From: Thermodesulfobacteriota bacterium
GTDB taxonomy: Bacteria; Desulfobacterota; WTBG01; JAGOGO01
Length of the DNA stretch: 32,000 nucleotides
Reading direction: 5' to 3'
Assembly (NCBI GenBank): GCA_026625185.1
Contig: CP113000.1
Span: 1,035,622-1,067,621, forward strand
Positions 14,827 through 22,925 of this stretch are shown piece by piece. Position 1 is the stretch's first letter. Each line of letters starts with the position of its first letter. The notes below the pieces were generated by a model, which ran no database searches, was not told where the DNA came from, and saw nothing but the letters and a program-made list of their open reading frames with translations. The position numbers were made by a program, and so were the translations under genes.

Positions 14827-16329
14827 CTACTTACTGGTTTTTGTTTTCATTGACTTTACCCAATCCTCCAGTTCTTTAGCCGCGGTTTCACGTCCGCCAA
14901 TGCCAAACGCTAAAGCCAGAGCAAGGGCGATTGCGCCAATGATCAGACCAAACGCCAGGCTAATAATCTCATTCGCCAGTCCCATTTGACGCAGCGCAAT
15001 AGCGCCGGCCAGAACCATGATTGCAATCCGTGCGGTCATGGCCAGGACTGATGCCTGCGCTGGAGCAGTGGACAAAATTGCTTTGGAAACCAGTTTGGCC
15101 AGAAGGAGGCCAACACCAAAAATAACCAGCCCCAGGATTACCTGACCTGCCAGGACCGTAAAGCCTGCAAGCATATCCGCCATTTTGGCAAATCCGAGCC
15201 GGTTGACCGCCTCGATAAACGCAAACAACATAATGCCAATGAGCACGATATTGCCGATCACGATTGCCGGTGTCCATTTTTTGTCAGCCGGAATCTCATC
15301 ACCGATGCCCAGCCGGGCCAGGACAGAATTAAACCCGGCTCCTTCGAGGATGCTGGCAACCAGGCCTGCTAACACACGGCCGATCATATAGGAGATAATA
15401 AGAATAAGCAGGGCAGCAAAAACGTTGGGGATCGCCATGAGGATCATTTCAAGCATCTTGCTGGCCGGCTGGGTAATCGCTTCCAAAGCAAGGGCATTCA
15501 GCGCTGCCACCAGGATGGGAATCAAGATCAGAATATAGACCAGCATCCCCAGAACGCTGGAAAGCTTTTTCTTTCCCATGGCTGAGGCCATGCCGACTTT
15601 CTCGCTTAACCGGTCAGTGCCGATGGCTTCAAAGAAATTGGTCACAATTCTCTGCACCATGCGGGCAAGAAGCCAGCCCAGCAAAACGATAACCACCGCG
15701 GTGAAGATGTTTGGTAAAAAAGCAAGAATTTTTTCTACCATCCCCTGGACCGGTTTAAGCAACCCTTCCACACCCAGCGTGCTCAGGATTGCCGGGAGAA
15801 AGAGCAGCAACACCAACCAGAAAATCCCGTTGGAAAGTGATTGGGCCAGAGGCTGTTTCCCAGCCTTGATCCCAGCCTTACCCTCGAGCTGTTCATCCAT
15901 CTTCAAAGCACCCAACCCTTTTGCTACAACGATCTGAAAAGCCTTGGCAACGATAAAGGCCACGATCGCCAGCAAAAGGGCACCGAGCAGTTGTGGAGCG
16001 AAGGCAAGTAATTCGTTCAGGAGAGTGTTTATGGGCTGGGTGATAAGGGTTATGCCGAGGGCTTCAAACGTGGCCACAATGACAAAAAGCATAATCACAT
16101 AGAACATAAGCTTGGCAATAAAACGGGCAGCGATCGGCTCTTCTTTCCCCCCTCCGCTTGTCCAGCGGGTGAGATGAGAGTCCAACTTGAAGTGAATTAA
16201 AACCTTTCGGATTGCTCCCGTAATAAGGATGGCGACGAGCCACCCGACAACCAGGATCACCAGGGCACCCAGAAGCCTGGGAATGTATGACCCGGTTAAC
16301 TGAGTAAATTGATTCATGATGGTTTCCAT
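14827..16329 (-). CDS. polytopic membrane protein built from 'conserved TM helix' repeats (MscS-N-terminal-like); no channel beta-domain seen
   Basis: SD AAGGAGGG upstream of ATG 16329. The 500 aa consist of repeated hydrophobic units (for example IPRLLGALVILVVGWLVAILITGAIRKVL; IFTAVVIVLLGWLLARMVQRIV), like the TM_helix repeats found at the N-termini of mechanosensitive channels. Confidence 0.75.
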   Translation of the reverse strand: METIMNQFTQLTGSYIPRLLGALVILVVGWLVAILITGAIRKVLIHFKLDSHLTRWTSGGGKEEPIAARFIAKLMFYVIMLFVIVATFEALGITLITQPINTLLNELLAFAPQLLGALLLAIVAFIVAKAFQIVVAKGLGALKMDEQLEGKAGIKAGKQPLAQSLSNGIFWLVLLLFLPAILSTLGVEGLLKPVQGMVEKILAFLPNIFTAVVIVLLGWLLARMVQRIVTNFFEAIGTDRLSEKVGMASAMGKKKLSSVLGMLVYILILIPILVAALNALALEAITQPASKMLEMILMAIPNVFAALLILIISYMIGRVLAGLVASILEGAGFNSVLARLGIGDEIPADKKWTPAIVIGNIVLIGIMLFAFIEAVNRLGFAKMADMLAGFTVLAGQVILGLVIFGVGLLLAKLVSKAILSTAPAQASVLAMTARIAIMVLAGAIALRQMGLANEIISLAFGLIIGAIALALALAFGIGGRETAAKELEDWVKSMKTKTSK

Positions 16330-16485
16330 AGCTTTTCCCTCCTTTTACATGATGTTAATGGAAAAAACCATACCAAACATAAGAATGTAACAAGAGCTTG
16401 GGGACAGCAATTTCCAGGATTTTCTTTTTTTTACTCCATTTCTATCAGCCCCTTTACCTTTACGTCCCTCAGGCATTTGCTTCTA

Positions 16486-16817
16486 TTACATATCCATAAG
16501 TCCCTTTCTCCATGAGCCGTAAACTCGAGTTTTTTTTGCAAAAGGTATCCAATTCGGAGCATAACAACCTGCATCATCTAAACCAAATCCCCTTGGGGCT
16601 TCTAAATACAGACATGTACTTCTTACCATCTTCAAAACTTTACCTTGAACTCCTCTGCTGATTCCGCCCGATTAAACCAAACCACACAATCACTTTTGGA
16701 TATCAATAAAGTCTCAGGTCCAATTTTTATTGGACTATGTATAACCATGCAAATGATGCCTACGACTTGGAACCCATGGGCGGAAATTTTTACCAGATTT
16801 GATAGGTAGATAATCAT
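16486..16817 (-). pseudogene. possible frameshifted gene remnant (two adjacent short ORFs in different frames)
   Basis: ORF 16632..16817 (61 aa) is followed immediately, in another frame, by ATG 16629..16486 (MVRSTCLYLEAPRGFGLDDAGCYAPNWIPFAKKTRVYGSWRKGLMDM). Neither has a good SD and no family was recognised. Confidence 0.2.
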
Positions 16818-16935
16818 AGTAAAGAAAACAATGAAACCTATTCCAATCAGAACCCCCTTATTTTATTCAAATTCTTTTTTTAAAGGGTAAGGAATAACTT
16901 TTTTATTAAATACCCCCAAAATAAACAACTGAAGT

Positions 16936-16975
16936 GGGTGATTCCGGTATTTTGAGGCAGAAAATCATGTATTTT
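16936..16975 (+). promoter_or_regulatory. motif P copy 2: GGGTGATTCC + GTATTTT-N15-GTATTTT
   Basis: GGGTGATTCC 16936-16945; GTATTTT 16947-16953 and 16969-16975 (22-nt period). Confidence 0.35.
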
Positions 16976-17341
16976 AAGGTCAGGCGGCCACCTCTCTAAA
17001 TTTCCAAGAAAAAGGGTCAATGAACAATAGAACTTCCAAACCATAAATTCATTGCCTGGACGTTCATTAAGACATTTTTTAGGATCACTTTTTTTGTATA
17101 GTAACTAGCTTCAAATAGACCAAATTTTTCCCCAGAATATATAGAGGAAGAGCTTGATAGATGTGTTGGACGCGAAAACGTTAACACCATTCCGCAGTGC
17201 CCAGACTGGCAAAAAGAGGAAAAAGGCTTCGCAAGGACTTGGTAAGCACAGATGCTCGTATAAAACTTGCACAGAGAACATAACACTGTCAGGCTGGACC
17301 GCGCGCTGAATTACAGGCCTCCGGCTCCGGTAACAAGGGGT

Positions 17342-17369
17342 TTGACTTTAACTTTACAACTGGTACAAT
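17342..17369 (+). promoter_or_regulatory. sigma70-type promoter for the P-type ATPase gene
   Basis: TTGACT 17342-17347, 16-nt spacer, TACAAT 17364-17369. It lies ~70 nt upstream of ATG 17442. Confidence 0.5.
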
Positions 17370-17441
17370 AAATGCGGGCTGGTAACTACTACCCATGCAT
17401 ATAAACCCTGTTAGGCGACATTTCTAAGAGAGCGATATAGA

Positions 17442-19964
17442 ATGAACCAACTCCCGCCGGCTTTTTGGAACATCTCGGTCGCAGAGATGCTCCAAAAACT
17501 TCAAACGGCAAAGGAAGGATTGACGAGCGTTGAAGCCAGACAGCGCCTCGCACGCTATGGCGCTAATCTATTAAAGCCCAAAAAGCGTTCGGGCGTGTTG
17601 GCGCTACTGCTCGCCCAATTCAAAAGTCCGATCATCCTAATCCTTTTATTCGCAACGGGGTTGTCTTTTTTTCTACGTGATCCGGTTGATGCATTTATTA
17701 TTCTTTCAATCGTTCTCGTTAGCGGCTTGCTCGGGTTTTGGCAGGAACGCGGTGCAAGCAACGCTGTGGAGAAACTGCTTTCCATCGTTCAGATTAAAGC
17801 GGCGGTGCTGCGTGATAGAAGCTCCAAAGAAATTCCAGTTGAAGAGATTGTGCCCGGCGATATCGTAATCCTGAACGCCGGCGACATTGTCCCCGGAGAC
17901 GGTCTGATTAAGGAATCCAACGATCTTTTCATTGATGAAGCCATGCTGACGGGGGAAACTTTCCCAATCGAAAAAGTAGTGGCGGTTTTGCCGGCAGAAA
18001 CTACACTAGGTCAGCGGACAAACGCGGTGTGGATGGGAACCCATGTGGTGAGCGGCAGCGCAAAGGCCCTGATTATTCGCACCGGCAGGGAAACCGAGTT
18101 CGGTAAGGTGTCCGAACGGTTAAAACTCAGGCCACAGGAGACGGACTTTGAGCGCGGCATACGGCGATTCGGTTTCTTTCTCATGGAAGTGACACTTGTC
18201 CTGGTAGTCGCCATCTTTGCCATCAATGTCTATTTAGCGCGACCAGTCCTGGATTCATTTCTGTTTTCCCTCGCACTTGCCGTTGGGCTAACCCCGCAAT
18301 TATTGCCGGCTATTATTAGCATCAACCTTGCGCACGGCGCAAAGCGAATGGCTCAACAAAAGGTCATCGTCAAACGACTCGCTTCGATTGAAAACTTTGG
18401 CAGCATGAACGTGATCTGCTCGGATAAAACCGGCACCCTGACCGAAGGCATCGTACATCTCCAATCGGCTCTGGATTTGGAGGGCACACCCAGCGATCGA
18501 GTCCTGCTCCATGCTTATCTTAATGCTTGTTACGAGACCGGCTTTACGAACCCGATTGACGAAGCCATTCGTACACATCGCCAGTTCGATTTGGCCGGCT
18601 ACCAGAAACAGGGCGAAATCCCGTACGATTTTCTGCGCAAGCGCTTGAGCATCCTGGTTTCACATGACGATACGAATCTGATGGTGACCAAAGGGGCGCT
18701 GATGAATGTGCTCGCCGTCTGTTCCTCGGCAGAAACTAAGGGTGGAAAAATTGTCGAGATCGCCGCTGTGGGGGATCTCATCCAGCAACACTTTGAGGAA
18801 TTCAGTAGCAAGGGCTTGCGTACGCTAGGCGTCGCTTACAAGAACATAGGATCTGAGTCACGCATAAGCAAAGAACACGAAGCCGGTATGACATTTTCAG
18901 GATTCCTGGTTCTCTTTGACCCACCCAAGCCCAATATCCTCGAGACGATTACGAGCCTCAAGAATCTGGGCGTTGGGCTGAAGATTATCACGGGCGACAA
19001 CCACCTCGTCGCTGCCAACGCAAGTCAACAGATGGGATTGTCGAAAACAAAAATTCTCACGGGTCCAGACCTCGGTCGGTTGAGCGATGCCGCGCTCCTC
19101 AAACGGGTGGCGGAGGTGGACGTCTTCGCCGAAATCGAACCCAATCAAAAAGAGCGCATCATCCTCGCTCTCAAAAAAGCTGGGAATGTCGTGGGGTATA
19201 TGGGCGACGGGATCAATGATGCCTCGGCGCTCCATGTTGCCGATGTCGGCATTTCCGTTGACAGCGCCGTGGATGTTGCCAAAGATGCGGCGGATATTGT
19301 TTTACTTGAGAAGAACTTGGGCGTTCTTGCACAGGGTGTCCGCGAAGGGCGGACAACTTTTGCGAACACACTGAAGTACGTGTTCATGGCGACGAGCGCC
19401 AATTTTGGAAATATGTTTAGCATGGCCGGCGTATCCCTCGTTCTGCCGTTTCTCCCCTTGCTGCCCAAGCAGGTTTTGTTGACCAATTTACTGACCGATT
19501 TCCCGGAGATGACAATCGCGACAGACCGGGTAGATAGTGAGATGGTTGACTATCCGCGGCGTTGGGACATTGGGGCAATTCGCAAGTTTATGATTACTTT
19601 CGGGCTCGTGAGCTCGGTATTTGACTACCTCACCTTTGGTGCACTTTTGTTCATCCTTCATGCGACCCAAGATCAATTTAGAACCGGCTGGTTTCTAGAG
19701 TCTGTTATTTCCGCGTCATTGATCGTTTTGGTGATTAGGAGTCGGAAACCTTTCTTTAAGAGTAAACCAGGGAAATATCTATTTATAGCAACTTTATCCA
19801 TTATTGTCGTGACGTTGATTTTACCTTTCATCCCACTGGCTGAGGTTTTTGGATTCAGCCCGCTCCCAATGTCGTTTTTTCTGCTAATCGGAATAATTGT
19901 ATTTTTTTACATTATCACAGCTGAAATGGCGAAAAGAGTTTTCTATAAGAAGGTAAAATTTTGA
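17442..19964 (+). CDS. mgtA: magnesium-importing P-type ATPase (MgtA/MgtB subfamily)
   Basis: Cation_ATPase_N (LTSVEARQRLARYGAN), LTGETFP, phosphorylation site ICSDKTGTLT, ITGDN and hinge MGDGINDASAL. The C-terminal segment TSANFGNMFSMAGVSLVLPFLPLLPKQVLLTNLLTDF is characteristic of the Mg2+ subfamily. Confidence 0.8.
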   Translation: MNQLPPAFWNISVAEMLQKLQTAKEGLTSVEARQRLARYGANLLKPKKRSGVLALLLAQFKSPIILILLFATGLSFFLRDPVDAFIILSIVLVSGLLGFWQERGASNAVEKLLSIVQIKAAVLRDRSSKEIPVEEIVPGDIVILNAGDIVPGDGLIKESNDLFIDEAMLTGETFPIEKVVAVLPAETTLGQRTNAVWMGTHVVSGSAKALIIRTGRETEFGKVSERLKLRPQETDFERGIRRFGFFLMEVTLVLVVAIFAINVYLARPVLDSFLFSLALAVGLTPQLLPAIISINLAHGAKRMAQQKVIVKRLASIENFGSMNVICSDKTGTLTEGIVHLQSALDLEGTPSDRVLLHAYLNACYETGFTNPIDEAIRTHRQFDLAGYQKQGEIPYDFLRKRLSILVSHDDTNLMVTKGALMNVLAVCSSAETKGGKIVEIAAVGDLIQQHFEEFSSKGLRTLGVAYKNIGSESRISKEHEAGMTFSGFLVLFDPPKPNILETITSLKNLGVGLKIITGDNHLVAANASQQMGLSKTKILTGPDLGRLSDAALLKRVAEVDVFAEIEPNQKERIILALKKAGNVVGYMGDGINDASALHVADVGISVDSAVDVAKDAADIVLLEKNLGVLAQGVREGRTTFANTLKYVFMATSANFGNMFSMAGVSLVLPFLPLLPKQVLLTNLLTDFPEMTIATDRVDSEMVDYPRRWDIGAIRKFMITFGLVSSVFDYLTFGALLFILHATQDQFRTGWFLESVISASLIVLVIRSRKPFFKSKPGKYLFIATLSIIVVTLILPFIPLAEVFGFSPLPMSFFLLIGIIVFFYIITAEMAKRVFYKKVKF

Positions 19965-20208
19965 AGGCGAAATATATGAGAGACTGGAAACGTCGCCTAA
20001 CATCAATATGACCTTCTTTTGTCAAGGGAAAAGAGTTCTGATAGGCGGAAGAAATAACATTTTTCCCCGTCAGGAGAAAATAAATTTATCCGATTAAAAA
20101 ATTGGTGGAATAGGCGTTTAATAATCTGCCCTTTGACGGAGTGTTCTTAATAACAGGTTCAAAGGCGGCCATAGGAAATTACTTTCTGAAAAATTTTCCA
20201 TGTCCGAA

Positions 20209-20333
20209 GTCGTAAGCAAATATATAAGTCTTGTATACTTCAATTCAAAGATAAATCAGTAGCCGCTTAATCATACATGATTTCGAAACTCTGCCCCGCT
20301 CCGTCTTCTCATGGATCGAGCGGTTTTTTATTT
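20209..20333 (+). ncRNA. candidate sRNA-like element C, copy A
   Basis: About 125 nt, roughly four-fifths identical by eye to 22248-22374. Internal hairpin AATCA/TGATT 20269-20282. Terminator CCGCTC 20296-20301 / GAGCGG 20318-20323 followed by a T-run to 20333. Confidence 0.4.
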
Positions 20334-20402
20334 GTGGGGATTGGATAAGGCACTCAATGAAAAAATCAACTATACAAAAAAACTATATAATTTTGAAAAT
20401 AC

Positions 20403-20432
20403 AAAAAGGGACTCAATTCGAGGCCCTTTTTT
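20403..20432. terminator. bidirectional intrinsic terminator (A-run, GGGaCTC/GAGgCCC stem, T-run)
   Basis: AAAAAGGGACTCAATTCGAGGCCCTTTTTT lies ~120 nt downstream of the minus-strand histidine kinase stop. Confidence 0.55.
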
Positions 20433-20550
20433 GTGGATTGAAAATAAAAACCAAGGAGGGAATCTTTAATTTTATGAAACTCTCTCCCATAATCTCTTCT
20501 CTTTACTTTTTTCAGTGCATGCGGGGAAAAAAGATTGAATAAACTCTAGA

Positions 20551-21819
20551 TTAAGTTACATCAGGCCACGTCGCCCGTATAACGGTTCCTTTCCCCTTAA
20601 GGGATTTGATTGAGAAGGTTCCTCCTGAATGTCGGATACGGTCTTTAATGCCGATAATTCCCAATCCTTGATTTTTCACGAGATCATGACTTCCCTTCAC
20701 CACCTCGAATCCCAGACCGTTATCCTCAACTAACAATTCTATCTCCGCTTTTATACGCTTAAGTGAAAGACGCAACTGGTTTGCTTGACTGTGTTTTGCA
20801 ATGTTATTCATCGCTTCCTGGATAATTCGGAAGATGATGATCTTTAAATGATCCGGGATATCCTCTTCTTCGATGTCGATTTCCTTTTCAATAGTAAGGT
20901 TTTCGTAGGTTTTTTGAAATTCCCGGCATTGCCAGTTGATGGTGGGCAAAAGGCCTAGATCATCGATCATGGCTGGCCGTAAGTTCACCATGATCCTCCG
21001 AATAGAGGTCATTGTATCCTTAAGTGTATTGATAAAATCTTCTAATTTTATCCTTTCTTGTTCACTTGGTTCAGGCGTTTGAATTAGTCTTTTTTCCATG
21101 GCAAATTTTAGGCCAGCCAATTTTGAACTAATTTCGTCATGCAGTTCCAGAGCGACCCGTTTTCTTTCCTCTTCCTGGGCAGTGGTAAGTCGGGATGAGA
21201 GCTGCAGAAGTTCCTGCTCGGACTCCCTGAGATGTTTCTCAACCAGCTTGTGTTCTTCGCTCTCAAGTTCCAATGCCTGGTTTGCGTTCATCAACTCTTG
21301 GGTTCGATTTTTAACCAGGTTTTCCAGCTCATTTTTTGCTTTACTTAGTGCATCCTCCGCCTGCTTGCGCTCAGTGATGTTGCGTATGTTGCATTGAATC
21401 ACCCTTGCATCGTTAACCGAATAGATGTTGCTCACAAACTCCACCGCAATTAATTGACCGTCGTGGGTTTCAAGGGGTAGATCTTCGTAACGAGCATACC
21501 CTTGTCTTTGCAACCCCTGAAAAACGGCTTTGCATTCCTCTCTGTCTTTGAAAGGACCGATCTCCCAGAGTTTCTTCCCAACAATCTCCGCGTAAGAATA
21601 GCCCAACATCTTTATCAAGAAAGGATTAACATCCGTTACTTCACCTGTGTCGGCATCGAGAATCAATATGCCGTCTTCAGCTGCTTCAAACAACCGTCGG
21701 TAGCGAGTTTCAGAAGCCTTAAGCGCCTCATCAGCATTCAAGATCGTTTGAACTTCCCGCTTTACCTCTTTGACCATATTCCCAAGGAATTCGGAGTTTG
21801 ATTTTTTTTCTTCCATCAC
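20551..21819 (-). CDS. cytoplasmic PAS-domain sensor histidine kinase (HisKA_3 / NarX-DegS type)
   Basis: PAS (YRRLFEAAEDGILILD...), coiled coil, HisKA_3 H-box ALELHDEISSKLAGL, and ATPase boxes QEAMNNIAKHS, VEDNGLGF, GLGIIGIKDR. No TM segment. Confidence 0.9.
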   Translation of the reverse strand: MMEEKKSNSEFLGNMVKEVKREVQTILNADEALKASETRYRRLFEAAEDGILILDADTGEVTDVNPFLIKMLGYSYAEIVGKKLWEIGPFKDREECKAVFQGLQRQGYARYEDLPLETHDGQLIAVEFVSNIYSVNDARVIQCNIRNITERKQAEDALSKAKNELENLVKNRTQELMNANQALELESEEHKLVEKHLRESEQELLQLSSRLTTAQEEERKRVALELHDEISSKLAGLKFAMEKRLIQTPEPSEQERIKLEDFINTLKDTMTSIRRIMVNLRPAMIDDLGLLPTINWQCREFQKTYENLTIEKEIDIEEEDIPDHLKIIIFRIIQEAMNNIAKHSQANQLRLSLKRIKAEIELLVEDNGLGFEVVKGSHDLVKNQGLGIIGIKDRIRHSGGTFSIKSLKGKGTVIRATWPDVT

Positions 21820-22077
21820 ATCCCTCTTTTTACACCCGGCATTTCGTGCCCCTCACGATAGACTACTTTACCTCCATAACGGCTCGTAGTGTTTGTTTTT
21901 AAAACCCGTCAATTCACTAATAAGGTACTTTTCTATCTTGATTTTCTTTTGCATATCTGGGCAGTTTTTAACTAAAGGACATCAAAGACAAAAAAACTAA
22001 AAGGGAGAAATATTTTTCAACCTATTTAATATTATTATAAATAATTATCATAATTTTTTTAAATATCAATACCAAAA

Positions 22078-22196
22078 CTGGGAACCTTTATCTGGTTCCC
22101 AGAAGCCTTGAAAATTTGGACGTTTTTTAAATAAAGGATAAACATCTTCCCTTTCTCCAAAGAACCCCTCGCAGAAATGCGGGTTTTATTTATTTC
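22078..22196 (+). ncRNA. candidate structured RNA element B (5' hairpin + conserved core + intrinsic terminator), paralogue of 10526-10650
   Basis: Hairpin CTGGGAACC 22078-22086 / GGTTCCCAG 22094-22102. Core TTTAAATAAAGGATAAACATCTTCC...GAACCCCTCGCAGAAATGCGGG. T-rich tail from 22084 to 22196. Confidence 0.35.
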
Positions 22197-22247
22197 TTTC
22201 TTTTCCTAAAGATGATGGTCATTTCGTGGCGATCCCTACCTCATCAA

Positions 22248-22374
22248 CTCGTAAGAAAATATATAGGTCTTATATACTCCAATTCAAAGTTAAATCAGTA
22301 GCCGCTTAACTAATTATTGGTAAGAAACTTAGCCCCGCTCCTTCTTATAGATCGAGTTGGTTTTTTTATTTTTC
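22248..22374 (+). ncRNA. candidate sRNA-like element C, copy B
   Basis: Paralogue of 20209-20333. The internal hairpin ACTAA/TTGGT at 22309-21 keeps the structure with a different sequence. It ends in a terminator-like CCGCTC...GAGTTGG plus T-run. Confidence 0.4.
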
Positions 22375-22390
22375 AAATAATTCCTTTTTG

Positions 22391-22550
22391 TTGACTTTTC
22401 CCGTTTGCGGATTAAAATAAAAATAAATGAAACATTGACTTAAAAAAGAAATGTTTTTGGAAGATGATTGCAAAAAAAGTTATTAATTGAACGAGTATCA
22501 ATAAGGCCGAATTGCCGAAAAGGTGGTTTGGCCTATTTGTTTGTTTTTTG
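22391..22550 (+). ncRNA. unit X2: sigma70-like promoter plus ~130-nt leader or sRNA ending in a conserved terminator hairpin, upstream of the radical SAM gene
   Basis: TTGACT 22391-22396, 16-nt spacer, TAAAAT 22413-22418. AATAAGGCCGAATTGCC 22500-22516. Stem GGCCGAATTGCC 22505-22516 / GGTGGTTTGGCC 22522-22533 (12 bp including 4 G-U), GAAAA loop, T-rich tail to 22550. Confidence 0.35.
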
Positions 22551-22925
22551 AAAAGCCTGAGGTCCATGAACCGGGAAAATAACTTTGCTTAGACGGGGTG
22601 GTCTATAAACAATAATAAAGCTCTTGACCAACCACAACCATACTTATTTTGAACCCCTAATTAATTCAAAAGGCCGCCACCCTGGGGTAAAAAAATCAAT
22701 GGCGCTATTGTGCGGGGAGGATGTTCTTATTCCGTGAGATGATATAGGCCATTTAAAGAAGATAGTTAAAAGGCGTAAGGAGGTAAAGGAGTAGATGAGC
22801 CGGTTGAAATGTAGACCCAAGGCATAAAAGGAAGATAGCCTACGCGGTTAACTAATATAGTAAATTAGCATTTCTTCTACAATAGAGAAAATTTTTTATG
22901 AATTCATCCGGCAAGAGGTGATTTT

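Noticed and set aside
17281-17441. M-box / Mg2+ riboswitch upstream of mgtA
   Set aside because: The only weak resemblance is GTTAGGCGA near 17421, which sits next to the start codon. The rest of the ~160-nt M-box consensus is not visible, and the predicted 5' UTR is too short.
20357-20542. 61-aa plus-strand ORF between element C copy A and the kinase gene
   Set aside because: It is an AT-rich, lysine/isoleucine-rich translation that spans a bidirectional terminator (20403-20432). It is not a credible gene.
22551-22925. Cobalamin riboswitch or RiPP precursor peptide upstream of the B12-radical SAM gene
   Set aside because: No B12-box-like sequence was seen. The only ORFs with an SD-like context are tiny, for example MSRLKCRPKA (9 aa), which is too short for a precursor peptide.
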